46,264 nt of DNA from an uncultured Muribaculaceae bacterium (lineage in GTDB: Bacteria > Bacillota_I > Bacilli_A > RF39 > UBA660), in contig CAYMEJ010000001.1 of NCBI GenBank assembly GCA_964389735.1, forward strand, positions 7,732 through 53,995, written 5' to 3'. Within the stretch, counting starts at the first letter, position 1. Every line of letters begins with the position of its first letter. The notes beneath the pieces are model-generated. The model was not told where the DNA came from. It worked only from the letters and a program-made list of their open reading frames with translations, and ran no database searches. Positions 36,757 through 45,836 of the stretch are shown here, piece after piece. A program made the translations under genes and the position numbers.

Positions 36757-36765
36757 CACTTTTTT
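36741..36765. terminator. bidirectional rho-independent terminator
   Basis: aaaaagtgtt-aaat-aacacttttt lies between convergent genes. Confidence 0.65.
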
Positions 36766-37552
36766 AGTTATGAAAACTAATTGTTTTTTCTACTATTCTT
36801 TTTACATTTATTTCATTAAATGGTTTATTAAGTACATCAATAATAGGGTAAGTAAACGCTCTATCAATTATTTCTTTAGAACTATCTCCTGTTATTATTG
36901 AAACTGGTATTCTTGTAAATAAATTATTTTGTTTAAAGAATTCAAGTACTGCAAATCCATTTACGTTTGGCATATTTAAATCTAATAACATACCTACTAT
37001 GTTATTTTTATGTGTGTTAATATTATCTGCAACGATATTCAATGCTTCTTGACCATCATTTGCAACTACTACTTCATAATTATCATCAAATATTTTTTGG
37101 ATAAAGTTTCTTATGATAGTGGAATCATCTACTACTAATATTCTCTTATCATGAACTACTGGTGCAGTTACATGTACTTCTTCAGTTGCTGTTTCTTTTC
37201 CTAAATATTGTTTTACTAGTGCTACTATTTTATTTGCTTCAGTCATTAATTCATCATAATGATCTGATACGAAGTAAAAATTGTTTGCTTTACTTTCCAT
37301 TTCATGTTGATATGATAATTCTGCTAATCTTTCAAAACCAAAATATTTTGCATCACTTTTTAATGAGTGAACAAGTATTGCATAATTAGCCATATCTGCT
37401 GATTCTTTAAAAGCTTTAATTTTTTCTAATTTACCATCAACTTCTCCTAAAAAATCTTCTAGTGTTTCATCATATACTGACATATCACCAAATAATTCTA
37501 AACTTTTTTCTAAATTAACACCATTATTCTTTAATATATTAACATCTTTCAT
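36764..37552 (-). CDS. Hpt domain - receiver domain protein (phosphorelay intermediate, no output domain)
   Basis: The N-terminal Hpt signature is AILVHSLKSDAKYFG. The C-terminal REC has VVDDS, the phospho-acceptor context LLDLNMP and a conserved Lys (LNKP). Confidence 0.75.
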   Translation of the reverse strand: MKDVNILKNNGVNLEKSLELFGDMSVYDETLEDFLGEVDGKLEKIKAFKESADMANYAILVHSLKSDAKYFGFERLAELSYQHEMESKANNFYFVSDHYDELMTEANKIVALVKQYLGKETATEEVHVTAPVVHDKRILVVDDSTIIRNFIQKIFDDNYEVVVANDGQEALNIVADNINTHKNNIVGMLLDLNMPNVNGFAVLEFFKQNNLFTRIPVSIITGDSSKEIIDRAFTYPIIDVLNKPFNEINVKRIVEKTISFHN

Positions 37553-37595
37553 ATAAACACATCCTATTCTTATTAAATTATAACATATATTTTAA

Positions 37596-39443
37596 TTATT
37601 TGTTTAAAAATTTTATTATTACTCTCTTTAATTCTTCTTTATCAATTGGTTTAGATAAGTAATCATCAAATCCATTTGATAAATATTTTTCTTTCATTCC
37701 TGAAATAGCATTAGCAGTAAGAGCTATTGTTGGTATATCATAACCTTCAATTTGTTTTAATTTACCAAGAGTTTCTACACCACTCATTCTAGGCATCATA
37801 TCATCTAGTAATATTAAATCAAATTTCTCGTGATTATTAATCTTATCTATACATAAGAATCCACTATCTACTGTTTCTACATGCATATTATAAGATTGTA
37901 ATAATCTTGAAGCTACTTTTAAATTTATTTTATTATCATCTACTACTAATACACGTTTACTAGTAAAATCAAAGTTAGATAATTCTGTTGAAGTATCAAC
38001 AGGTGCTTCTAATGTTGTTTTACCTTTTACTATTTTTTGATCTATTGCAATAGTAAATTTAGTACCTTTTCCATATGTAGATTGTACTACTATTTTACCA
38101 TTCATTAATTCTACTAATCTTTTTGTAATTGCTAAACCTAATCCAGTACCTTCAATAGTAATATTTTGTTCTAGATCTACTCTTTCAAATTTAGCAAATA
38201 ATTTACTAATATTTTCTTTTTTAACTCCTATACCAGAATCTTCAACTGATATAATTAAACGACATATATCATCTTTCATAATAGAACTTATTTTAAAATC
38301 AATAAATCCATGTCTAGTATATTTAACTGAATTAGTTAGTATATTAAGTGTAATTTGTTTAATTCTTGCATAATCTCCATATAATACTGGAGGAATACTT
38401 TCATCATAACTAAATCTAAAATCTAAAGGTTTTTCTCCTAATCTTGCTTTAGTAAGTGCTACTAGATCATTAAACACTTTTTTAAATTCATATTCTATAT
38501 TAACTATTTCTAGTTTGTTAGCTTCTATCTTAGAAATATCAAGTATACCATTAACTATATCTAATAAGCTCTCTGAAGCTGACATAATATCATTAACTTC
38601 TTCTTTTGCACTATCAGGTATATCTTCTTCTTGTAAAGCTTGACTGAACCCTACAATAGCATTTAATGGTGTTCTTATTTCATGAGACATATTAGATAAG
38701 AAATCACTCTTAGCACTATTTGCTTTTTCAGCTTGTTCTTTTGCTTCATTTAATTGTTCAATCATTTTCATATCTGGATTTTCTATTGTAAAATATGCAA
38801 ATACTGTTACAAATGCAGTTACTGCTGTAACTAATAAAATTTGTGGATATAATGATTGAATTAATATTGCTACTATACCAAATACTATTATTAAGAATGC
38901 TGGCAAATATTTTTTATCTTTCAATTTAGCATAGTTTTTTATCATAATAATTGCCCAAGAAAAAATACAAATACCTGTTATAACATAAGTAATTGTTGGA
39001 CTAAGTCCACTAGTGTACATAATACTATCCTTAGCATAAATATCTATAGGGATAATCATTACAATAATACTTGATATAATAAATAAAAATAATATTTTGT
39101 AAAATAGTTTTTTAAAATATTCAATATTTTGATTATTTTCCATAGACACCAAACCAACATTTTTTGTTGAAGATATAGTAAACATATAATATGTAAATGT
39201 AAAAATCCATGAAAGTATACATACTAAATAAAACTTACAAAATAACACAGCATATAGTGATTTAGGAACAATTAATGCTACTTCTACACTAACAATGTCA
39301 AATATTAATGTAATTAAGCATGTAATCATTAAAAATTTATATATTAAGTTTTCCAAAGTATTTAGTTTTTTCTTATAATAATAAACAAACATAACTAATA
39401 TTAAATAAACAATACTGCATATTTGAAAAAAAATACTTCCCAT
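37596..39443 (-). CDS. hybrid sensor histidine kinase (multi-TM sensor, HisKA-HATPase, C-terminal receiver)
   Basis: About 6-7 N-terminal TM segments, H-box [11 protein letters not shown], the N/G boxes (GTGLGLAI), and a C-terminal REC (VVDDN...LLDDMMP...SKP). Confidence 0.88.
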   Translation of the reverse strand: MGSIFFQICSIVYLILVMFVYYYKKKLNTLENLIYKFLMITCLITLIFDIVSVEVALIVPKSLYAVLFCKFYLVCILSWIFTFTYYMFTISSTKNVGLVSMENNQNIEYFKKLFYKILFLFIISSIIVMIIPIDIYAKDSIMYTSGLSPTITYVITGICIFSWAIIMIKNYAKLKDKKYLPAFLIIVFGIVAILIQSLYPQILLVTAVTAFVTVFAYFTIENPDMKMIEQLNEAKEQAEKANSAKSDFLSNMSHEIRTPLNAIVGFSQALQEEDIPDSAKEEVNDIMSASESLLDIVNGILDISKIEANKLEIVNIEYEFKKVFNDLVALTKARLGEKPLDFRFSYDESIPPVLYGDYARIKQITLNILTNSVKYTRHGFIDFKISSIMKDDICRLIISVEDSGIGVKKENISKLFAKFERVDLEQNITIEGTGLGLAITKRLVELMNGKIVVQSTYGKGTKFTIAIDQKIVKGKTTLEAPVDTSTELSNFDFTSKRVLVVDDNKINLKVASRLLQSYNMHVETVDSGFLCIDKINNHEKFDLILLDDMMPRMSGVETLGKLKQIEGYDIPTIALTANAISGMKEKYLSNGFDDYLSKPIDKEELKRVIIKFLNK

Positions 39444-39470
39444 AAAGTCTCAACTCCTATTATTTTTATA

Positions 39471-39479
39471 ATTATAACA
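39471..39479 (-). promoter_or_regulatory. extended -10 element TGTTATAAT upstream of the hybrid kinase gene
   Basis: Read on the minus strand about 28 nt upstream of the ATG at 39443, just after the upstream terminator. Confidence 0.4.
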
Positions 39480-39498
39480 TAAAAATAATATTATTTAA

Positions 39499-39539
39499 AT
39501 AAAAAAAAGAAAATCAAATTAATTTTATCTGATTTTCTT
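39499..39539 (-). terminator. rho-independent terminator after the PLC-like gene
   Basis: A 10-bp stem, aagaaaatca/tgattttctt, is followed by T8 on the minus strand. Confidence 0.6.
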
Positions 39540-40505
39540 ATTTTTAATTTTACACTTTTGACCACACTCAAGGCCATGAGTTGATGCAACATTTGGAATA
39601 ATAGAATATATTTCATCTTGATTTATTATTCCGGTTTGACAAACGCTTTCTAGTTTATTAACTATTTCTGCTCCATCCACAAGCGCTTTATTATATAAAT
39701 CCATAAATGACTCATATGATTGAATACAATCATCAATAGGATTCAACCATATACTATGTTCATTATTTAGAAATTCTTCTGCAGCTTTATAATCTCTGTG
39801 ATATGAGAATGAACTACTTCCTTTAAATAATGGATCAACAATATCAAAAATTATCTTTTTGAATCCTATTGGATCATATTTAAATACTTTCATAAATAGT
39901 TCTACTTGATAAAATGATTCATAAAAATCTTTACCACCATTTTCAATATCATAAGTTCCTTTTAAACTTTTATTTAATGTTTCTAATAAATATTTTTCAA
40001 TTTTTAAATTTTCTATATTGAAATCTTTACTAACATCATATGTTTTAGGATCCTTATTTTCTTTTGTTTTCATCATATATATATCTAATAGATTTTCTAC
40101 AATACCATGCATCCATGTTTTATTTTTAGGATCTCGTTCATGGTCTCCTGAATAATAAATAATTTGTGGATGTGTATATGCATCTAATATATGATGTAAT
40201 ACATATCCTGGCCCAATAAATGAACGAACTTGTTCATCTTCTATAGCACCAGTTTTATTTGCTTCATTTAAATAATTATATACAAACTCTTGAAATTTAA
40301 ATTCTTGTAATTTTTTTGAATCTTCTACATTATTATTTAATTTATCAAAAGTAAATATTTTATAGAAATCATGATATATTAAAAAATCATGTCCTTGTGC
40401 AAAAATACGATATTTATCATAATTTGGAAATCCAGATAATGTTTTATCTGTTAATAAAGGTTTAACTTCTTTGTAAAAAATGTCATGGGTTTTAGGACCT
40501 GGCAT
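39525..40505 (-). CDS. zinc-dependent phospholipase C-like family protein (tentative)
   Basis: The N-terminus MPGPKTHDIF and the His/Asp clusters (QGHDFLIYHDF, HHILDAYTHP) resemble the cytoplasmic Zn_dep_PLPC-like family. No signal peptide. Confidence 0.4.
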   Translation of the reverse strand: MPGPKTHDIFYKEVKPLLTDKTLSGFPNYDKYRIFAQGHDFLIYHDFYKIFTFDKLNNNVEDSKKLQEFKFQEFVYNYLNEANKTGAIEDEQVRSFIGPGYVLHHILDAYTHPQIIYYSGDHERDPKNKTWMHGIVENLLDIYMMKTKENKDPKTYDVSKDFNIENLKIEKYLLETLNKSLKGTYDIENGGKDFYESFYQVELFMKVFKYDPIGFKKIIFDIVDPLFKGSSSFSYHRDYKAAEEFLNNEHSIWLNPIDDCIQSYESFMDLYNKALVDGAEIVNKLESVCQTGIINQDEIYSIIPNVASTHGLECGQKCKIKNKKIR

Positions 40506-40506
40506 A

Positions 40507-41190
40507 TTATACTAATCTCCTTTGCTTTGTTAATTGCAATGTTTTAGCTGTTTCTATTTGTGAAATAACTGATTCTTTTTTATTAGAAACAACCTCATTT
40601 TTAATTTTTTCACCATTTATAAATGAAGGATACTCTGAAATTAAACCCTCATAAATAACGTTTTTCTTTAATGCACAACAGAAATCAAAAGGTCTTGTGC
40701 TGCAAGGTCTTCTTTTTCCAAATAACTCTATTCCATTTTCTTTTAAAACGGTAGCCAACCATTCAGAACAAAAGAAATTGTCTTTCGAAGGCATTCCAAC
40801 TCTCCCAGTTAGAATAAGTGATATCATACCTGGAAAGTTAAAATTGTATTTTCCTTTATTGCCCCAATATTTTTCCATCGAATTACAAATTCCTGTATAT
40901 TGGTCTTCACTTACATCTAATTTCATAACTGCCATTTCACTTTTCTTATTTAATGAAAATAATCCTTCTCTTATATCTTCTTTAACAAGTCCAGCATTTA
41001 ATGGTTCATCTATTTTTCTTCTTGCAAATGACATCATATTATCTAATACATTATCTCTTGATAATGAAATATGTGAATAATAGTCACCAAAATGTCTATT
41101 CCAAAACGTTATTTTAGCTCTAGTTTTAATTAGTCGTCCTGGAACTGTGTCTGTAAAGCTTGCAACTATGTATATACTTTTCCCTTCCAT
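40507..41190 (-). CDS. permuted papain-like (YiiX/C92 or LRAT-like) hydrolase (tentative)
   Basis: His comes before Cys: YYSHISLS, then FFCSEWLATVL. Size and spacing fit permuted NlpC/P60-type amidases or acyltransferases. RBS AAAGGGGGAA. Confidence 0.4.
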   Translation of the reverse strand: MEGKSIYIVASFTDTVPGRLIKTRAKITFWNRHFGDYYSHISLSRDNVLDNMMSFARRKIDEPLNAGLVKEDIREGLFSLNKKSEMAVMKLDVSEDQYTGICNSMEKYWGNKGKYNFNFPGMISLILTGRVGMPSKDNFFCSEWLATVLKENGIELFGKRRPCSTRPFDFCCALKKNVIYEGLISEYPSFINGEKIKNEVVSNKKESVISQIETAKTLQLTKQRRLV

Positions 41191-41226
41191 AATATTTCCC
41201 CCTTTTTATTAAAAATATTAAGGCAT

Positions 41227-41255
41227 ATTCTAGCATGATTATCTTTATTTGTCAA
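41227..41255 (-). promoter_or_regulatory. sigma-A-type promoter TTGACA-17-TAGAAT for the hydrolase/PLC-like genes
   Basis: A consensus -35, a 17-nt spacer and a near-consensus -10 were read on the minus strand, about 36 nt upstream of the ATG at 41190. Confidence 0.55.
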
Positions 41256-41265
41256 ATTGACAAAT
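41247..41265. repeat. 9-1-9 perfect inverted repeat ATTTGTCAA-A-TTGACAAAT overlapping the -35 box (candidate operator)
   Basis: Read directly from the sequence. Both arms contain TTGACA. Confidence 0.45.
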
Positions 41266-41298
41266 ATTTATTACTTGAGTACATAATAATACTCTAAC

Positions 41299-42963
41299 TT
41301 ATTTGTTATTAACCTTGTATCTTTTTATTTTTAATGTAGTAGTTTTATCAAATTCTTTGTCTTTTATTTCAAAATTTGAAATTCTTTTATATTCTGGTAA
41401 TGTTTCATTTAGTGAGTTTAAATATTCTTTTATTACTTCTTTAATTTCTTCTTTGCAAGTTGGATTTTCTTTTATTCTTTTTGTTATTTCATCATTTAAT
41501 ACTATGTCAATAGATAAAACATTACGCCCATTATTCATTTCTTTATCATATAATAAGGATTCTTTAATAAGTTCATTATTATTAACTACTTCTTCTATTT
41601 CTTCAGGATAGATATTTTTCCCATTTGAGGTAACTATTAGATTTTTACATCTACCTTTTACTCTAACAAAACCTTTTTTATCTATTGATCCTAAATCTCC
41701 AGTATAAAAGTATCCATCTTCTTTAATTACTTCTTTTGTTGCTTTTTCATTTTTATAGTACCCAAGCATTACTTGTGGTCCTTTTACTTTAATTTCACCT
41801 ATTCCATCTTCATTAGGATTATTGATAACAACATCAGTTTTTGGCAATGCTTTACCCACTGAATTATCTCTAAAGTCTTCTATAGCATTTAAACATACCA
41901 TAGGTGAACACTCTGTTAAACCATATCCTTGAATTACTCTAAACCCAAGTCCACGCATAAATTTAGATATTTCTGGATTTGCTGCTGCTCCTCCTACAAT
42001 AAATACTTTAATATTCCCACCAAATCCTTCATGAATATCTTTAAATATTTTTTTCTTTAAATTATTTCCAATATTTATTTTTGAAGAAATATTAACAATT
42101 TTATTTACTAAATCATCTTTTCCTTGTTTTTCAATTTCTTTTTTTATTTGATATTCGAATAATTCCATAAATCTAGGTACTACTAATACCATAGTTGGTT
42201 TCATTCTTTTTAAATTTTTTGAAACATTTCTTAATTCATCATTGTATGCAATATTTGAGCCTGAACATAATGGTCCAATTAATCCACATGTATTTTCAAA
42301 TGTATGATGTAAAGGTAATACCGACAATAAAACATCATTTTCATTTATATCAATTACTTGTTTTGCGATATTCACATCTGACATTATGTTACTATGTGAA
42401 AGCATTACTATTTTTGATTCTGATGTTGTTCCTGATGTAAATAATAATTCACTTACTTTATTGTTATCTACAATATTATTAATATATTTTTTATTACCTG
42501 ATTGAATCATTTTTTTACCTAATTCAATTAAATCATATATATTGTATTCAGATGATTTATCCATAGAAATATAATTTGTAGTACAAATATCATCAGACAT
42601 ATTTTTTATTCTACTTTCAAATTCTTTTGAATAAATAATTGTATCTGCTTCTATTCTATTAATACAATTCATAAGTTCTTTATCACTTAGTTCTTTATCT
42701 AAAGGTATAGTTATTCCATTACTACACATACTTGTTAAAAATGATAGTGCCCATTCATAACTGTTTTTTCCAATAATTACAGTTCTTTTGATATCTATAT
42801 TTAATGAATATAATGCCGTTCCTAAAGCATATATTTCATTCAATAAATCTTTATATGTTTTATAAAATAATTCTTTATTGTTATTAATACCAGTAATAGC
42901 TATTTTATCTGGATATTTATTAGAAACACCTACTAGCATTTCTTTTATGTTATTATATTCCAT
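41299..42963 (-). CDS. long-chain fatty acid-CoA ligase (AMP-forming, ANL superfamily)
   Basis: The AMP-binding motif LFTSGTTSESKIVMLSH is present, with GYGLTE and YTGDLG motifs and a C-terminal KIKR. Confidence 0.85.
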   Translation of the reverse strand: MEYNNIKEMLVGVSNKYPDKIAITGINNNKELFYKTYKDLLNEIYALGTALYSLNIDIKRTVIIGKNSYEWALSFLTSMCSNGITIPLDKELSDKELMNCINRIEADTIIYSKEFESRIKNMSDDICTTNYISMDKSSEYNIYDLIELGKKMIQSGNKKYINNIVDNNKVSELLFTSGTTSESKIVMLSHSNIMSDVNIAKQVIDINENDVLLSVLPLHHTFENTCGLIGPLCSGSNIAYNDELRNVSKNLKRMKPTMVLVVPRFMELFEYQIKKEIEKQGKDDLVNKIVNISSKINIGNNLKKKIFKDIHEGFGGNIKVFIVGGAAANPEISKFMRGLGFRVIQGYGLTECSPMVCLNAIEDFRDNSVGKALPKTDVVINNPNEDGIGEIKVKGPQVMLGYYKNEKATKEVIKEDGYFYTGDLGSIDKKGFVRVKGRCKNLIVTSNGKNIYPEEIEEVVNNNELIKESLLYDKEMNNGRNVLSIDIVLNDEITKRIKENPTCKEEIKEVIKEYLNSLNETLPEYKRISNFEIKDKEFDKTTTLKIKRYKVNNK

Positions 42964-42996
42964 GTTACTGCCCCCTAAATCAAATAATTACCTTGT

Positions 42997-43024
42997 ATTA
43001 TAACATTTTCAACACTTTTGTCAA
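42997..43024 (-). promoter_or_regulatory. sigma-A-type promoter TTGACA-16-(TG)TATAAT for the acyl-CoA ligase gene
   Basis: Consensus hexamers with an extended TG, read on the minus strand about 33 nt upstream of the ATG at 42963. Confidence 0.55.
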
Positions 43025-43063
43025 TGTTGATGTGTTATTGCAATTAATAATATTCAGATGATT

Positions 43064-43732
43064 TTATTTAGATTTTTTCAATTTATTTATGCTTTTATCA
43101 ATTAGAACAAAGATTCCTCCTAATGCAAAAAAACCGATTGTTATTAATATAACATTCCTTGTTACATCAAATAATCCATATTTATCTATATCAAGGAAAT
43201 AATATGGATAATTACTACCTGTTGCAAATGTATATTTAAACATTGCCTTAATAATTGAAAATATTAAGTATATTACCGGTATTAGTGAATATTTAGCAAG
43301 ATCTTTTATCTTATAATTTTCTTTTTTATCAAATAAAATCCAATCAAATATTGTCATTAATGGTACAATGTAATGCACTAATAAATTATTTATAGAATCT
43401 AATTCTATTGAAGAATTTCCATTTACTATAAAATCAGGTCTTAATATAAAATGAAATACTAAAAATGTTACAGTTATTGCTATTGTTGTACCACATTTTA
43501 AACCTGGCAAATATGATTCATTATTATAATTTTTAAAATTTTTTATGATTTTTATTGTTATAATTGTAAATACAATAAAACATAATAAATTACTTAATAT
43601 TGTATAATAACTAAGTTGCTCAATTAAATAATCAATATCACTATGAAATATATTTAGACATAATCCTATCCCACAAAGCACTACTAATACTATTTTATAT
43701 ATTAATGATATATATTTATTTTTGATGTACAT
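43064..43732 (-). CDS. polytopic membrane protein, unknown function
   Basis: 222 aa with about 6 TM segments. No catalytic motif recognised. Confidence 0.5.
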   Translation of the reverse strand: MYIKNKYISLIYKIVLVVLCGIGLCLNIFHSDIDYLIEQLSYYTILSNLLCFIVFTIITIKIIKNFKNYNNESYLPGLKCGTTIAITVTFLVFHFILRPDFIVNGNSSIELDSINNLLVHYIVPLMTIFDWILFDKKENYKIKDLAKYSLIPVIYLIFSIIKAMFKYTFATGSNYPYYFLDIDKYGLFDVTRNVILITIGFFALGGIFVLIDKSINKLKKSK

Positions 43733-43805
43733 ATTATCATCTTCCTACTCTTATAATGATACTATAAAACTCGTAAAAATAAAAGACTATTTTACTTTAG
43801 TTTAC

Positions 43806-43840
43806 ATAAAAAATATGCATTAAATGCATATTTGTTTTTT
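43806..43840. terminator. palindromic rho-independent terminator
   Basis: aaatatgcat-taa-atgcatattt has an A run upstream and a T run downstream. It follows the stop at 43844 on the minus strand. Confidence 0.6.
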
Positions 43841-43843
43841 ATT

Positions 43844-44383
43844 TTATCTTCTTCTTAAAGTTGAACTGTTATATACTTTACCATATGTTGCTACTTTTGT
43901 AGGTATGTCATCTAATGTTCTTTCACCTCTTAAGTATAAGTCACCATATACCATATCAAGTGATGATAAATAAGAATAATCTTCTAAAGCTTCAAAATGA
44001 GCGTCTCCAAAAACTAATTTTAAATTTCTAAGATTTTCTTTATCAATATTAGCTTTATAAGTTATATCATTTGCTAAATATTTAGTATCTTTATTTAAAC
44101 TAAACATATCTACTGCTACTTCTTTTTTATCACACCCTAGAATTTTTGCAACTTTATTTCTTCTTACTTGTTTTTCAACTTCATCAGCGATGAATGCTCC
44201 AAGTCCGTTAGCGAAGAATCTTACTCCTCTAACTCCATCTACTATTTTTCCTAATCCTTCGTGTTCTTTTTCATTTAATTTTTCAGACATCATTAATGCT
44301 TTGTCTAAAAAATATTCACTTGTTTGTTTTTTTCCTGTTAACTTTTCTTTGTAATCGCATAATTCTCTAATTTCATTTTTCAT
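43844..44383 (-). CDS. 179-aa soluble protein of unknown function
   Basis: I prefer the start at MKNEIREL (44383), after TGGAGGAATT. A near-consensus promoter lies upstream. No family recognised. Confidence 0.5.
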   Translation of the reverse strand: MKNEIRELCDYKEKLTGKKQTSEYFLDKALMMSEKLNEKEHEGLGKIVDGVRGVRFFANGLGAFIADEVEKQVRRNKVAKILGCDKKEVAVDMFSLNKDTKYLANDITYKANIDKENLRNLKLVFGDAHFEALEDYSYLSSLDMVYGDLYLRGERTLDDIPTKVATYGKVYNSSTLRRR

Positions 44384-44425
44384 TTTAATTCCTCCATTTA
44401 CCCCTTTTTCAATGAATGTGCCCAT

Positions 44426-44454
44426 ATTATAACACAAAATAGTAAAAAAATCAA
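44426..44454 (-). promoter_or_regulatory. sigma-A-type promoter TTGATT-17-(TG)TATAAT for the 44383 gene
   Basis: Hexamers, the 17-nt spacer and the extended TG were read on the minus strand. Confidence 0.5.
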
Positions 44455-44472
44455 GTTTTAATTTATTTTATA

Positions 44473-44500
44473 TTGTGTAATGATATTTTTATGATATAAT
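44473..44500 (+). promoter_or_regulatory. promoter TTGTGT-16-(TG)TATAAT for the TM2/DUF2752 pair
   Basis: The extended -10 TGATATAAT lies about 27 nt upstream of the ATG at 44527. The -35 is weak. Confidence 0.4.
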
Positions 44501-44526
44501 GAGAATGAAAGTGAGGAGTAAAATTT

Positions 44527-44862
44527 ATGGAAAAACAACAAATAGATTTATATTTAACTACTAATGCTAAATATTTTGAACCAACTGCAATTCCAATTAT
44601 AAGACAAAAATTAGAAAAAGCTGATAGTGATACTTTATTAGTATTACAAGCAACTGAATTAAAGGATCCAACAGTATTTTTATTAATTTCAATCTTCTTA
44701 GGATCATTAGGAATTGATAGATTCATGCTTGGTGATACTGGAATGGGTATTCTTAAATTATTAACTTGTGGTCTTTGTGGAATACTTACTCTTATTGACT
44801 GGTTCACAATTTCTAAAAAAGTTAAAGATGCAAATTTAGCTAAAATATCAATGGTTATCTAA
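44527..44862 (+). CDS. TM2 domain-containing membrane protein
   Basis: GSLGIDRFMLGDTGMGILKLLTCGLCGILTLIDWF is a typical TM2 domain. RBS GTGAGGAG. Confidence 0.8.
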   Translation: MEKQQIDLYLTTNAKYFEPTAIPIIRQKLEKADSDTLLVLQATELKDPTVFLLISIFLGSLGIDRFMLGDTGMGILKLLTCGLCGILTLIDWFTISKKVKDANLAKISMVI

Positions 44863-45237
44863 TTGAAAAAAATTGTAAGTTTAATATTATTATTTATTGG
44901 AATATTGATATGCTCTTATATATGTGAATATTATGATGTTACTATATGTTTATTTCATAATATATTCCATATTCCATGTCCTGGATGTGGATTAACGAGA
45001 GCTATAAAACTTATTATGCAATTGAAAGTAATTGAAAGTTTTCAATATAATATAATTGCTATTCCTGTTTTATTATATATATTATTTTTAATATTTTGTT
45101 ATAGTTATGAAGCTATTACTAAAAAAAATATTTTTAGTAAATTATTTAAAAAATATAAAAATATTATAATAGTAATATCAATAATTTTAGTTATAATTTC
45201 TTGGATTTATAATTTATTCAACCCATTATTGTATTAA
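44863..45237 (+). CDS. DUF2752 domain-containing membrane protein
   Basis: The CPGCGLTRA motif follows the first TM segment. A TTG start directly abuts the TM2 gene stop. Confidence 0.7.
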   Translation: MKKIVSLILLFIGILICSYICEYYDVTICLFHNIFHIPCPGCGLTRAIKLIMQLKVIESFQYNIIAIPVLLYILFLIFCYSYEAITKKNIFSKLFKKYKNIIIVISIILVIISWIYNLFNPLLY

Positions 45238-45264
45238 AAAAGATGTATTTATTACATCTTTTTT
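45237..45264. terminator. bidirectional rho-independent terminator
   Basis: aaaaagatgta-tttat-tacatcttttt lies between convergent genes. Confidence 0.65.
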
Positions 45265-45836
45265 GTTTGGTTATTTGGTACTCTTGTTTTTTCTAATATA
45301 TTATCTGTTAAATCATTTGAATTATCTACTAATGATTTTCTAAAATTATTAAATAAATTATATAATCTTTCTTTAGTATCATAATCATTATTATCTATTT
45401 TACTTCTATAATCTGTTCCTATATTTTTTATAAATACTCTGAAATGTTCATTACAAAAATCTATTTTATCTCTTTGATCAATAAATTTTATTATTATGGA
45501 TTCATGATTTTTTTTAATCATCATTACATTTTCATTAGTTTCGTATGAATCATCATCATCAATAATTATTTGATTTTCTTCTCCAAGAAATTTATCAAGC
45601 GGTAAATATAATGGATCATATTGTTTAATTTCAAATTCTAATTCTTTTAAATCATAATAATTTTCTGACATTATATATGCTTTAAAACTATAATCATCCC
45701 ATTTATTAAATTCTATATGCTTTTTTTCATCATTATATATTCTTCTGATTGTTACTAATTTACCACAATATGCATTAGATTCTTCATATGTAACTCTACC
45801 ATTAGATAAATTTATTGTTTTATTCATTCGTACCAC
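45252..45836 (-). CDS. about 190-aa soluble protein of unknown function
   Basis: A long ORF with AT-rich codon usage like its neighbours. It overlaps the upstream ORF by 17 nt (GTG start) or 8 nt (ATG at 45827). No motif recognised. Confidence 0.5.
   Translation of the reverse strand: MVRMNKTINLSNGRVTYEESNAYCGKLVTIRRIYNDEKKHIEFNKWDDYSFKAYIMSENYYDLKELEFEIKQYDPLYLPLDKFLGEENQIIIDDDDSYETNENVMMIKKNHESIIIKFIDQRDKIDFCNEHFRVFIKNIGTDYRSKIDNNDYDTKERLYNLFNNFRKSLVDNSNDLTDNILEKTRVPNNQTKKM

Noticed and set aside
44463-44807. A 114-aa minus-strand ORF overlapping the TM2-domain gene.
   Set aside because: The plus-strand frame encodes a clear TM2 domain with RBS GTGAGGAG and a promoter. The minus-strand ORF has no RBS or motif.
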